Part shown: positions 46,622-56,892 of the stretch, in pieces
How the letters are laid out: each line of letters starts with the position of its first letter
Numbering within the stretch: position 1 is the stretch's first letter
Origin: an uncultured Clostridia bacterium
GTDB taxonomy: Bacteria > Bacillota > Clostridia > TANB77 > CAG-465
DNA: 64,000 nucleotides
NCBI GenBank assembly: GCA_944388585.1
Contig: CALXJI010000003.1
Location: forward strand, 79,360-143,359
Direction: 5' to 3'
Notes under the pieces: generated by a model
What the model was told of the DNA's origin: nothing
Database searches by the model: none
Seen by the model: the letters and a program-made list of their open reading frames with translations, nothing else
Translations under genes and position numbers: made by a program

Positions 46622-47080
46622 TTATATCATTTCTAGAAGTTTATCCACACAATCAACAATTTCCTTTGCACATGATTTATATATACTTAAATTATATCCC
46701 CATGGATCATCAATATCTATATTTTTTATATCTTTTCCTATTACATATTCTTTAAGTGTGAATACTTTTTCTTTTAATTTTGGAAAATACGCTAAAATAT
46801 TATATTTATGCTGCTCTGTCATACAAAATATTAAATCATAATTTTGTATATCTATATCAAATATATTTGTAGCTCTATGATTAGATAAATCAACACCATA
46901 CTCCTTCATTGCAAGTATTGCATTTTTTGTTGAAATATCACCATTTACAGCAGATGTACCACAAGATGAGACAATTACATCATTTTCCCTTTTTAAGTCA
47001 TACAGTCTTTTTTGCATATAATGATGTGCCATTGCGCTTCTGCAAATATTTCCAGTACATACAAACATAATTTTTTTCAT
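46622..47080 (-). CDS. low-molecular-weight protein-tyrosine phosphatase
   Basis: MFVCTGNICRSAMA (C.GN.CRS P-loop) and DP motif (DIDDPWG). Confidence 0.8.
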   Translation of the reverse strand: MKKIMFVCTGNICRSAMAHHYMQKRLYDLKRENDVIVSSCGTSAVNGDISTKNAILAMKEYGVDLSNHRATNIFDIDIQNYDLIFCMTEQHKYNILAYFPKLKEKVFTLKEYVIGKDIKNIDIDDPWGYNLSIYKSCAKEIVDCVDKLLEMI

Positions 47081-47226
47081 AATGTATCCTCCAATTAAAT
47101 ATACAAAAATATATTATCACATTTACGTTTCAAAGTCAAACAACTTCGCTTATATCACTAGTTTTTATTATATCCCAAAAACAATAAAATAATATAAAAA
47201 AACAACTCTTAATTTTTTATTAAGAG

Positions 47227-48033
47227 TCATTTAATCATTTTTTCAAACATATTTCTACTATATGTTTTTTTATACACATTCAGTTTATACAATTTTTTGG
47301 TATCAATTTCTATACTAATTTCATTTAAATTCTTCAAATCAATATCTACTTGCTGACCATCTATAAAAATCTCAATATCATCTAAATTAGATAATATTTT
47401 TAGTCCAAATTTCTTTCCGACTAATGAATTTGTTATATAATCTTTTGTTCTATTATTTTGTATCGGAGCAAATAAAGTAGCACATATAGCATCTATTCCC
47501 TCGCAAAGAATAGGTCCACCCAAGCTTTTATTATATGCAGTAGATCCTAAAGGTGTCGCAAAAACTATACCTGAAGATACAACTTTTTCTTTAAACTCTA
47601 TAGTGTCATTTAATTCAAATTCAATTTTTCTATATTTTTTTCCAACTACTTGCAATTCATTTATAGCATTATCTGTTATAATTTTATCTCTATACAAATA
47701 TGAAATTTTTGCAATAGAAAATTTGCTTATTTTATCATTACTTATATTATTTTCATTTTCTTTTAAAAAAGTTATTATTTTATCTATTTGTGCACATGAT
47801 ATATCTTGTAAGTAGCCTAAATTTCCACAGTTTACTCCAATATATAAAGGAAAAGATGAATAATTTAATTTTCTTATCGATTTTAAAAATGTACCATCTC
47901 CACCAATAATTATAACTAAATCTGCCAAATTATCTACCAAATTAAAGCCATTAGATAGTAGCTTATTTTTTAAAATTCGCGCTTGAATCTTACTATTGTC
48001 ATTATACATAATTTGTATGTTCACGTATAACAC
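47227..48033 (-). CDS. nadK: NAD kinase
   Basis: IIIGGDGTFL (GGDG), NCGNLGYL motifs; 268 aa. Confidence 0.85.
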   Translation of the reverse strand: MLYVNIQIMYNDNSKIQARILKNKLLSNGFNLVDNLADLVIIIGGDGTFLKSIRKLNYSSFPLYIGVNCGNLGYLQDISCAQIDKIITFLKENENNISNDKISKFSIAKISYLYRDKIITDNAINELQVVGKKYRKIEFELNDTIEFKEKVVSSGIVFATPLGSTAYNKSLGGPILCEGIDAICATLFAPIQNNRTKDYITNSLVGKKFGLKILSNLDDIEIFIDGQQVDIDLKNLNEISIEIDTKKLYKLNVYKKTYSRNMFEKMIK

Positions 48034-48164
48034 CTCCTTTAATATTAATTAGTAGATTAATTTTATAATTATATGCATATTTTAACATAGTTTTAATAGC
48101 ATTTCAATATTGAATTATTTATCTTAATATGATATATTTTAATAAAAATAGGAGGTAGAAAATA

Positions 48165-48704
48165 ATGCTAAATAATATAAAAAAGTATGAAAAAATGTCT
48201 ATTGCTACGTCAATACTTTTAATTGTATTTGCATTATGCTTAATTTTTAGTCCACAAGCATCGCTTAATTTTATGGTAATTGTTATTGGCGTATTTCTTG
48301 CTTTATCTGGTATAGTACATATAGTGTCATATTTTACTTCAGATAAAGAATTTAGATCAATAAGTACTGAACTTATAGAAGGAACTATATATACAATTTT
48401 GGGCATATTTTTAATTTTTAAACCAACTATATTAAACGAGTTTTTAGCAATAATAATTGGTGCTTGGCTTATAATTCAATTTATAATAAAATTCCAATTT
48501 GCTTTTAATTTAAAATCACTTTCATCTCCTGCATGGGGACTAATGCTTTTAAGTGCCATTGGACATTTAATTTTTGGTATATTGATTTTAATAAATCCTT
48601 TCGCATCAATGGTAACTCTTACAACAATAGCAGGTATAATTTTACTTATATCTGAAATATTTAATATAGTAGAATCAATATATTTATTATCTAGAAAACA
48701 ATAA
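48165..48704 (+). CDS. HdeD/DUF308-family membrane protein
   Basis: Six hydrophobic segments with repeating G..L..G pattern typical of DUF308. Confidence 0.5.
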   Translation: MLNNIKKYEKMSIATSILLIVFALCLIFSPQASLNFMVIVIGVFLALSGIVHIVSYFTSDKEFRSISTELIEGTIYTILGIFLIFKPTILNEFLAIIIGAWLIIQFIIKFQFAFNLKSLSSPAWGLMLLSAIGHLIFGILILINPFASMVTLTTIAGIILLISEIFNIVESIYLLSRKQ

Positions 48705-48723
48705 AACTAGGAAGATATTCTTC

Positions 48724-49368
48724 CTAGTTTTTTAATATATAATTTAAGTCTTCTATAGCTAAGTCTATATTTCTCATTCCATTACCAATGGGATAAAATA
48801 CAGGATATACACTATATTCATTTTCTTTAATACTCATTCTAAACTCTTGTTTTCTAACAGACTTTACACAAATTTTCTGATTTAAAAAAATACTACTTAC
48901 TTGATTTCCAAAAACTATAATTTTTCTAGGCTTTACAATATCTATTTCTTCATATAAAAGATCTAAATATTGCTTTAGCACTCTATCTGGCAAAGGTCTT
49001 GCATCTATTTGTGTACATTTTCCAAGATTAGTAACATATATTTTATTTCTACTTAATATGTCATAAACATTTTTTGCAAAATCTTCTGTCCAATCATTAG
49101 GCTTTTTAGATAATATATCATCAAATAAATCTTTATCGATTATCCCTATGCTATAAAACAACTTCCAAATATTCTTTGTTCCAATCCAAGGAGCTCTAAT
49201 TCCTTTCCATTCTTTTGTTGATGCAATATTTTTTCCTGTAGGGTTCATAAATACAAAACATACATCTGGATTATTTTTACATCCTCCATTATATATAGAA
49301 CAAAGAGTTGGATCACCATATTCTAATTGTAACTTATCATAATATTTATTTAATTCTTCTACTCTCAT
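48724..49368 (-). CDS. uracil-DNA glycosylase-superfamily protein (putative)
   Basis: CFVFMNPTG (motif-1-like, compare GMNPG/GINPG) and YVTNLGKC; weak call. Confidence 0.35.
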   Translation of the reverse strand: MRVEELNKYYDKLQLEYGDPTLCSIYNGGCKNNPDVCFVFMNPTGKNIASTKEWKGIRAPWIGTKNIWKLFYSIGIIDKDLFDDILSKKPNDWTEDFAKNVYDILSRNKIYVTNLGKCTQIDARPLPDRVLKQYLDLLYEEIDIVKPRKIIVFGNQVSSIFLNQKICVKSVRKQEFRMSIKENEYSVYPVFYPIGNGMRNIDLAIEDLNYILKN

Positions 49369-49405
49369 ATAAAAAATATATCACATTTTAGTAAAAAAAT
49401 AAATA

Positions 49406-49895
49406 CTAATTCTTCATTAATATTTCTAATTCATACCATTTTTTTATTAATTCTCTTGATACTTTAGTCTTTTTTAATATACTAGAATATAAAACTTCAG
49501 GATTAGAATATATTTCATCTAAAGGTGAACAGCCATAAAATAAAATATTATTTAACTGAGTTGCAGATAAATCACCAAAATTATAAATTATAATATCAAT
49601 TATGCTTTTAATATTTGAAGGTATTTTTTGTCCTAGTTCTATCTTGATAGAATCAATCATCAAAGCTTCAAAAGGATTATTATATAAAACATTAAATAAA
49701 TTTTTATTATAAATGCCGAAAAATATCTACTAAAAATCCTTCCTCATATAATCCTTTATCATCATATATACACATACAATGAGCATCTGCTAAATATAAT
49801 AAAGCATTTAACTTTACAGCATTAATACTTTTTTTCTTTTTTTGATATACAGAAATAATATAATATGAATCTAATAAAATATTACTCATATACAT
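49406..49895 (-). pseudogene. Panacea (DUF4065, SocA-like) domain gene split by a frameshift at a T-run
   Basis: The ORFs 49707..49895 and 49406..49663 plus the stop-free linker (..DIFFGIYNKNLFNVLYNNPFEALMIDS..) together give a ~150-aa Panacea-like protein (AVKLNALLYLADAHCM..; NFGDLSATQLNNIL); the frames switch at ATTTTTC near 49690. Confidence 0.5.
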
Positions 49896-50021
49896 CCCTC
49901 CTTAAATTAAATTATTATATTTAATGTACATAAATCATTTAAGTACAATTTATTATACCATAATAAAAGTAAAAATAAAAGATATTATTAACATAACTTT
50001 TATTAATAATATCTTTAACTA

Positions 50022-50774
50022 CTATTTTTCTTTTCTTTTTTGTCTTACATATACAAACTTACTCAAAATATTATCTGGTACTATTTTAGCAAAAACTCTA
50101 AGTATCTTTATATCCACTCCAGGAGTAATATCTGTTTTTCCTTTTAATAATTTATCTACAGTATATTTAGCCACATAATCACTAGATAATGAATTCATGC
50201 TAAATTTGACATTAGCAACATTATTAAAATTAGTTCTAACAGGTCCAGGATTTAATGTTGCTACTTTTACATTTAATCTATCTTTTTTTAGTTCCTCGTT
50301 TATGGATTCAGAAAGCACAAACACATATGATTTAGAAGCATAATATGCATCCATAAGTGGACCAGGTAAATGTCCAGCAATTGATGACACATTTAAAATA
50401 TATCCACTATTCTTCTTTACCATTTCTTTTAAAAATAATTTTGTAAGTACATGAACAGCCATAACATTTGTGTTGATAAGTTGAATTTCTCTATCTAAAT
50501 CTGTAGCTATAAATTTACCAAAAACTCCAAATCCTGCATTATTTACAAGTATATCTACATATCCAACCCTATTAAATAGTTCTATACAATTTTCTTTCAC
50601 ACTAATATCCATTGGTATTACTTCAACACTAGCATTTACTTCATTTTTTAGCTCTTCTAGTTTTTCTTTTTTCCTTGCAACTACAATTATATCATATCCT
50701 CTTCTTGCAAGCTCCTTTGCAATATCTCTTCCAATTCCAGAAGAAGCACCTGTTATTAAAGCTCTTTTTGCCAT
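50022..50774 (-). CDS. SDR-family oxidoreductase
   Basis: ALITGASSGIGRDIAKELARRGYDIIVVAR; NNAG; YASKSY active site. Confidence 0.8.
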   Translation of the reverse strand: MAKRALITGASSGIGRDIAKELARRGYDIIVVARKKEKLEELKNEVNASVEVIPMDISVKENCIELFNRVGYVDILVNNAGFGVFGKFIATDLDREIQLINTNVMAVHVLTKLFLKEMVKKNSGYILNVSSIAGHLPGPLMDAYYASKSYVFVLSESINEELKKDRLNVKVATLNPGPVRTNFNNVANVKFSMNSLSSDYVAKYTVDKLLKGKTDITPGVDIKILRVFAKIVPDNILSKFVYVRQKRKEK

Positions 50775-50828
50775 ATTCCATTCTCCTCCTTACTAAATAA
50801 TACCAAGAATTAATTAATTGTACAAGCT

Positions 50829-51245
50829 TTATATATTTTCTGCTAAAAATTTATCTAATTTTTCTAAGATCTTATATACTTTATCTTTATCCTCTCTATC
50901 TTTAAAATAAAAATCACTAAGTATATCCTTTTGACCTAAAACTTTAATTCCTGCTATTCTTATTAAAAATACTTTTATTGTTCCAAGTTTTGTATTATAA
51001 TACTTTTTTCTACTTTCTACATTTTCGTCAACTTTTTCTTTAACATCTTTTTTTACTATATTATAAAATAATTTATCTAACTCATCTTTATATTTTTTCT
51101 CAAGTAGAAATATATTTTTCTCCTTATAATTCACATCATCTTCTACAATAGCTCCATCTATTAAAATTATATCTTTTACAATCTCATTTATTTTTGTATC
51201 TTTAATCTCTTTAATTTTTTCTAATACTTCTTCTGATTTTTCCAT
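50829..51245 (-). CDS. hypothetical protein (138 aa)
   Basis: Lys/Glu-rich helical protein, no motif; coupled to the upstream 154-aa gene. Confidence 0.3.
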   Translation of the reverse strand: MEKSEEVLEKIKEIKDTKINEIVKDIILIDGAIVEDDVNYKEKNIFLLEKKYKDELDKLFYNIVKKDVKEKVDENVESRKKYYNTKLGTIKVFLIRIAGIKVLGQKDILSDFYFKDREDKDKVYKILEKLDKFLAENI

Positions 51246-51254
51246 ATTACCCTC

Positions 51255-51719
51255 CTATATACTATTTCTAAGACAAGATAATATATCTTCGTCTATATCA
51301 TCTAATCTTTCGTTTAATGTATTTATATCTACAACATCATCTGCTATAGAATATTTTTTCATATACATATCTATTCCATCAGCCACATTTTCTTCAGCTA
51401 TCTTCCTTACGCACATATACCCGCAACACCTTATTATCCATTTTCTTAATATACTTAAACTATTTCTAATTATTGATTCCTCAGATAAATTGCTAGTAGT
51501 ATATCTACTAGTCATCAGCTCTATAGCTTTTGCATACCCCATTTTTTCTAAATCAAAATTATATTTTTCTTTCATCTTATTATATATATTAGTTTTATAT
51601 GCTACATCTGAACTTAAAATTGCAAATTCTATTATTTTAATATCTCTTATACTATCAGATATAAAATATTCAAATTTTGTTTTTACAATAAAATCATATA
51701 TATATTCTACTTTTTCCAT
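51255..51719 (-). CDS. hypothetical protein (154 aa)
   Basis: No motif; Cys-containing segment RCCGYMCVRK. Confidence 0.3.
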   Translation of the reverse strand: MEKVEYIYDFIVKTKFEYFISDSIRDIKIIEFAILSSDVAYKTNIYNKMKEKYNFDLEKMGYAKAIELMTSRYTTSNLSEESIIRNSLSILRKWIIRCCGYMCVRKIAEENVADGIDMYMKKYSIADDVVDINTLNERLDDIDEDILSCLRNSI

Positions 51720-51913
51720 ATTATCCCTCCATTTTTATTAAAATTATACTACTTAAAAATTTGTATGCTATATTTTAGACAAAACTTTTAATAACAAGAC
51801 AAATTAAAATAATTTATCTTTTTGTATTACAAATTTATTTTTTTTTGTTTATATTTTATATATTATTGAAAATTTTATTTTTTTTATTATATAATTATTA
51901 TATCGGTGATATT

Positions 51914-52615
51914 ATGGAAGAAATAGATTTAAAAGAAATAATTTACTATATTTTTAAGAAAAAACTTTTTGTTATACTTGCAATAATTATATGTGGTGTA
52001 ATTGGTATTTTTTATACAAAATATATGGTTACCCCTATGTATTCATCTTATAGCACAGTTGTGCTTTCAAAGCCAGAAGATAATACAGTAATAACAAATA
52101 ATACTAGTAATACTACATCTAATTCTATTACACAAAATGATGTAACATTAAATCAGAAATTAATATCTACTTATAGTGAGATAATGAAAAGTAGAAGTGT
52201 TGCAGAACAAGTAATAAATGAGCTTAATCTAAACATTAGTGAAAATGAACTTATGTCTAATGTATCAGTAAGTGCAAAAGATGATACAGAAATGCTAAAA
52301 ATTTCCGTATCAAATAAAGATCCTCAAATTGCTGCTCAAATTGCGAACTCAATAACAGAAGTTTTCAAAATAAAAATTAAAGAAATATATAATATAGAAA
52401 ATGTAACTACTATAGATACAGCTATTGCAAGTAACAGTCCATATAATGTAAATTATATTAAAAATAGTGCAATTTTTGCATTAATTGGTGCAATCTCAAG
52501 TTGTGGTATTTTATTCTTACTTTTTTATTTTGATACAAGAATAAAATCTAAAGAGGAAGTAGAAGATCTTTTAAATTTAGAAGTTTTAGCTGTTATTCCA
52601 GAAATCAAAGAATAA
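51914..52615 (+). CDS. capsular polysaccharide chain-length determinant (Wzz/CpsC/YveK-like)
   Basis: N-terminal TM, Wzz-like periplasmic region, C-terminal TM (FALIGAISSCGILFLLFYF); SD GGTGAT before the ATG at 51914 (ORF track starts at 51845). Confidence 0.65.
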   Translation: MEEIDLKEIIYYIFKKKLFVILAIIICGVIGIFYTKYMVTPMYSSYSTVVLSKPEDNTVITNNTSNTTSNSITQNDVTLNQKLISTYSEIMKSRSVAEQVINELNLNISENELMSNVSVSAKDDTEMLKISVSNKDPQIAAQIANSITEVFKIKIKEIYNIENVTTIDTAIASNSPYNVNYIKNSAIFALIGAISSCGILFLLFYFDTRIKSKEEVEDLLNLEVLAVIPEIKE

Positions 52616-52627
52616 GAGGTGGATAAT

Positions 52628-53377
52628 ATGAAAAAAGATTTAATAATTCATGAAGCTCCAAAATCTCCCGTTTCAGAAGCTATAAGAACGCTAAGAACTA
52701 GCATTACATATAAAATGACTAAAACTCATGATAAAGTATTTTTAATTACTAGTTCATCAATTGAGGAAGGTAAAAGTTGGGTTGTATCAAATCTTGCTAT
52801 TGCTTTTACACAATCCAAACAAAAAGTTTTAATAATAGATGCAGATTTAAGAAAAGGTAGACAAGCTAACATTTTTTCATTAAATAGTTCTTATGGATTT
52901 TCTAATGCTTTAGATAATTCGAAAATCTCTAATGATAATAATAGTCTAGATGAAGAAATTCAAAAAGCAATTTTCAAAACACAAATAGATAATTTATTTA
53001 TAATGCCTTCAGGAATGTTTCCATCAAAGCCATCTGAACTTCTTGAAAATGAGCAATTTGATATTATTTTAGAAAACTTAAAAGATAAATTCGACATTAT
53101 ACTACTTGATGCTCCACCTATTAATATAGTTACTGATAGTATGATTCTTTGTAACAAAGCAGATAGTGTAATAATTGTATGTGCAATCGGAAAAACTAAA
53201 AGAGATTCATTAGTTGAAACAAAAAAGAAAATCAAAAATATGGGCGGAAATATTTTAGGTGTAGTAATAAATAAAATGCCAATAGATAAACTAAAAGAAT
53301 ACACTAAAGATTATACTAAATACAATAATAATAAAATTATAAAAATTGAAAATCCAAAATTAAAAAATATTTCCTAA
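52628..53377 (+). CDS. capsular tyrosine-protein kinase (BY-kinase, CpsD/CapB-like)
   Basis: Walker A ITSSSIEEGKSWVVSNLA, Walker A' IIDADLRKG, Walker B ILLDAPP; SD AAGAGGTGG before the ATG at 52628; no C-terminal Tyr cluster was recognised. Confidence 0.7.
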   Translation: MKKDLIIHEAPKSPVSEAIRTLRTSITYKMTKTHDKVFLITSSSIEEGKSWVVSNLAIAFTQSKQKVLIIDADLRKGRQANIFSLNSSYGFSNALDNSKISNDNNSLDEEIQKAIFKTQIDNLFIMPSGMFPSKPSELLENEQFDIILENLKDKFDIILLDAPPINIVTDSMILCNKADSVIIVCAIGKTKRDSLVETKKKIKNMGGNILGVVINKMPIDKLKEYTKDYTKYNNNKIIKIENPKLKNIS

Positions 53378-53405
53378 AACAGCTTTTTAAGCTGTTTTTT
53401 ATTTT
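53377..53405 (+). terminator. intrinsic terminator
   Basis: AACAGCTT-ttt-AAGCTGTT followed by TTTTTTATTTTT. Confidence 0.75.
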
Positions 53406-53518
53406 TATTTTTATTTATGTCTAAATTTGTTGACTTTTGTAATGCACTGTGATAAATTCAATATGTACTTTATGTACAAGATAGCATTAAATAATTATTT
53501 ATGTTAGGAGGATTCAAA

Positions 53519-55375
53519 ATGATTAACGAAATCTATTGTAGTCTGGATCCAGAATGCAAAGATCCTGTAGGTCCTGTACAACAAGGAACAAATGTCAGAT
53601 TTAGCATACGGTTAGATAAGGTTAGTATGGTTGATTCGCCTAAGCTTGTAATTTTTCAAATAGATAATTGGGAAAAACGGCAATCAATCGATCTAAAACT
53701 TACACACATTTCTAAAACAAGTAACTTCTATACTTGCTACTTCACACCCAAAGAAGCAGATGTATATTTTTATTACTTTACTTTGTATATCAATGGTAGA
53801 TACGTTGAACTTAGGAAAGGTAAATATTCAAAATGCTTTTTTGGTGGAAAAGAAAATGAATGTTTTCAGCTCACAGTCTTTACGAAAAACATCAATGTAC
53901 CCGATTTTATGAAAGGAGCGATTTTCTATCAGATATTCCCTGATAGGTTTTTCTCTTCTGGTGAATTTAAAGAAAATGTACCTCAAGATAGGAAAATCCA
54001 TTCTAATTGGTACGAAAATCCAAACTATTTACCTGAAAACGGACTTATTCTAAATGATGATTATTTTGGTGGAGATTTAAATGGTATAACCCAAAAGCTT
54101 GATTATATTGCATCCTTTGGGGTAACAATCATCTACCTTAATCCGATCTTTGAAGCTCATTCAAATCACAGGTATAATACTGCAAACTATTTAAAAATAG
54201 ATCCTCTTCTTGGAAAAGAAGATGATTTTGTAACACTTTGCAGTGAAGCGCGAAAAAGAGGTATCAGAATTATCCTTGACGGAGTATTTAATCATACTGG
54301 CTCTGACAGTATATACTTTAACAAGGAAAAAAGATACGCAACCATTGGTGCATATAACAGTCCTGATAGTGAATATTTTGACTGGTATTGCTTTTACAAT
54401 TATCCAGATGGATATGACTCTTGGTGGAATTTTGATACTTTACCTAAACTTAACAAAAATTCACAAGATTGTCTTGACTTTATATGTCAAGTAATAAAAA
54501 AGTGGATTAGACTCGGTGCCTCTGGTTTTAGGTTTGACGTAATTGATGAACTTACTAACCATATGGTTTATCACATTGCGCAAACTCTTAAAAACGAAGA
54601 TACATTTGATTCTCAAAAGGCTACCATGATAGGAGAAGTATGGGAAGATCTCTCGACTAAAGAGGCGTATGGAGAAAGAAAGCATTATCTTACGCAAAAT
54701 ACACTTGATAGCGCTATGAACTATGTCTATAAAGATGCTCTTTTTGATTTCTTTGAAAATAGAAGTGCACAAAATCTTTTAGACAACATTCTTCGCATAA
54801 TCGAGAACTATCCTAAAGACTGTTTAGATGCCATGATGAACATAATTTCTAGTCATGACATTGAAAGGGCACTTACACGCCTTGCAAAAGGATCCGCTAA
54901 TGGCCGTGATAGATACTGGCAAGCTCAAAACGATTTCTTAAATGGAGAAGAATATCAAAGAGGTAAAGAACTTTTAAAGCTTTTAGCTACTATTCAATAC
55001 TTCTTACCTGGCAACCCTTGTATCTACTACGGTGACGAAGCAGGTGTCTATGGATTTAAAGATCCTTTTAATAGGAAAACTTATCCATGGGGACGCGAAG
55101 ACCAAGATCTCATCTACTTTTTTAGAACTTTGGGTTCTATCAGAAGAAATGAGATATATCTTAAAGATGCATCTTTCCTTCCCGTACTATTTTATGGTGG
55201 AATCTGTGTCTTTGCTAGAGAAGCACTTGACAAAACTCAGCGAATTTACATTGGTGTAAATATTTCTGATACTCCTTTAGACTTAAGCTTTGTTGGGGCA
55301 AGAGAAGTATTAAACTCTTCTGGAAATCCAGCTGATATGGTGCTTAATCCGTATTCGTCTATTATTCTTAAGTGA
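53519..55375 (+). CDS. GH13 alpha-amylase-family glycosidase (neopullulanase/cyclomaltodextrinase-like, N-terminal E-set domain)
   Basis: GH13 conserved regions DGVFNHTG (I), GFRFDVIDE (II), GEVWE (III), SSHDIER (IV); SD AGGAGG before the ATG at 53519. Confidence 0.8.
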   Translation: MINEIYCSLDPECKDPVGPVQQGTNVRFSIRLDKVSMVDSPKLVIFQIDNWEKRQSIDLKLTHISKTSNFYTCYFTPKEADVYFYYFTLYINGRYVELRKGKYSKCFFGGKENECFQLTVFTKNINVPDFMKGAIFYQIFPDRFFSSGEFKENVPQDRKIHSNWYENPNYLPENGLILNDDYFGGDLNGITQKLDYIASFGVTIIYLNPIFEAHSNHRYNTANYLKIDPLLGKEDDFVTLCSEARKRGIRIILDGVFNHTGSDSIYFNKEKRYATIGAYNSPDSEYFDWYCFYNYPDGYDSWWNFDTLPKLNKNSQDCLDFICQVIKKWIRLGASGFRFDVIDELTNHMVYHIAQTLKNEDTFDSQKATMIGEVWEDLSTKEAYGERKHYLTQNTLDSAMNYVYKDALFDFFENRSAQNLLDNILRIIENYPKDCLDAMMNIISSHDIERALTRLAKGSANGRDRYWQAQNDFLNGEEYQRGKELLKLLATIQYFLPGNPCIYYGDEAGVYGFKDPFNRKTYPWGREDQDLIYFFRTLGSIRRNEIYLKDASFLPVLFYGGICVFAREALDKTQRIYIGVNISDTPLDLSFVGAREVLNSSGNPADMVLNPYSSIILK

Positions 55376-55385
55376 ATCATTTTGC

Positions 55386-55420
55386 GCACTGTAGGTGTAC
55401 CTACAGTGCGTTTTCTTTTT
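55386..55420 (+). terminator. intrinsic terminator of the GH13 gene
   Basis: GCACTGTAGGT-GT-ACCTACAGTGC followed by TTTTCTTTTT. Confidence 0.8.
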
Positions 55421-55533
55421 AAAAAATAAAATATTTATTGTCGAATTATGTAGTTTAGTATTTATGTATGTTGACTTTTATAGCAAATTGTAGTAAATTA
55501 AATTTGTCAATATTTAGAAAGGGAGGATAAAAA

Positions 55534-56862
55534 ATGACTACGCAACTCATTTCCTTTATTAAGATTATGAGTCAAACAATAATGTTTTTTTCATTTATTA
55601 TTAGTACAAATGAAACTTATAATAATAAAAAAATCAAACTATCAAAAAAGCTTTATATTCTTTGCTTTAGTGTAATAATTTCTGTAGTTATAAATCTTTT
55701 AAGTGAAGATTTATCTTTTTTAATATATGGTATTTTTATAATTCCTTTATACATAATTTATAAATACATATTAGAAGCTAAAAATAATGTAACATTATTA
55801 TCTTTGCTTTTATTTTATATAATGATATCTTTAAGTGAAATGATATCTTACTTTTTAATTAGAGAATCCTTTAATGTTTATCTTGAGAATTTTTATTCTA
55901 ATTTTAGAATATCAGCTTGTTTTATAGTACTAAAACTTTTTATATTTATTACGCTTTTAATATTACTAAATAAATATATGAGAAAAAATTTAAAAAAGCT
56001 TCATGAAGTAGTTGATACTTTCACAAATCACGAATTAATATTTCTAGTATCTCTATCTTGTAGCATAATAATACCAGGACTATTAAAATTCTCTTTAGAA
56101 AAAAGTGACTACAATTTTAATTTTCTTTCACTAGATATATTTCAACTTGCTATAATTTGTATGTTAATTTTTTCATATTTTAAATACATACATTTTTATA
56201 AAAAAAGTCAATCAGAATTACTAGAATCAAAGACATATAATAAAGCATTAGTTGAAACAGTTGAAAATTTACGCATATTAAAGCATGATTATAACAACAT
56301 ACTGCAATCAATAAATGGCTACATTATAACAGAACAATATGATGAATTAGAAAAACACATGCAAAAGTTAACAAAAGAAGCTGGCAATATTTCTAATCTT
56401 GAATGCATTAATCCAGAAATAATCAATCAACCAGCAATATATGGAATAGTAGGTGGAAAATACTTTGTAGCAAGCTCTAAAAATATAGAATTTAAAGTAG
56501 ATGTATTAACAGATATAAGTACCATAGACTTTGATTTTACTGATCTTTCGAGAATTCTTGGAATATTACTAGATAATGCAATTGAGGCAAGTGAAAAAAC
56601 AAAAACTCCTAAAATTTATTTAACCTTTAAATATGATAAAGCAAAGCAAGCTAATATAATAACTATAAAAAATTCTGTTATATCAGGCTTAAAATTAGAT
56701 GTTTCTAAAATTTTCAACAAGGGAGAATCCTCAAAAAAAATAAAATCTGGTATAGGGCTTTGGGAAGTAAAGAAAATAATTGCTTCAAAATCTAATTCAC
56801 AAATTTATGCTAGCTTAAATAATAATGAATTTTGTCAAACAATAATAATAGAAAAAATATAA
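55534..56862 (+). CDS. AgrC/ComD-like (HPK10, GHKL) membrane sensor histidine kinase, orphan
   Basis: 6-7 N-terminal TM helices; cytoplasmic H-box region ILKHDYNNILQSINGY; C-terminal ATPase motifs LLDNAIEAS and SGIGLWEVKKI; SD GGGAGG; no adjacent response regulator. Confidence 0.65.
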   Translation: MTTQLISFIKIMSQTIMFFSFIISTNETYNNKKIKLSKKLYILCFSVIISVVINLLSEDLSFLIYGIFIIPLYIIYKYILEAKNNVTLLSLLLFYIMISLSEMISYFLIRESFNVYLENFYSNFRISACFIVLKLFIFITLLILLNKYMRKNLKKLHEVVDTFTNHELIFLVSLSCSIIIPGLLKFSLEKSDYNFNFLSLDIFQLAIICMLIFSYFKYIHFYKKSQSELLESKTYNKALVETVENLRILKHDYNNILQSINGYIITEQYDELEKHMQKLTKEAGNISNLECINPEIINQPAIYGIVGGKYFVASSKNIEFKVDVLTDISTIDFDFTDLSRILGILLDNAIEASEKTKTPKIYLTFKYDKAKQANIITIKNSVISGLKLDVSKIFNKGESSKKIKSGIGLWEVKKIIASKSNSQIYASLNNNEFCQTIIIEKI

Positions 56863-56892
56863 AAATCCAAATTGAAAATCAATTTGGATTTT

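Noticed and set aside
53406-53518. CcpA cre site (TGTAATGCACTGTGA) in the GH13 promoter
   Set aside because: The central CG dinucleotide and 3' half of the cre consensus (TGWAANCGNTNWCA) are not matched; it overlaps the -35/-10 spacer and is probably coincidental.
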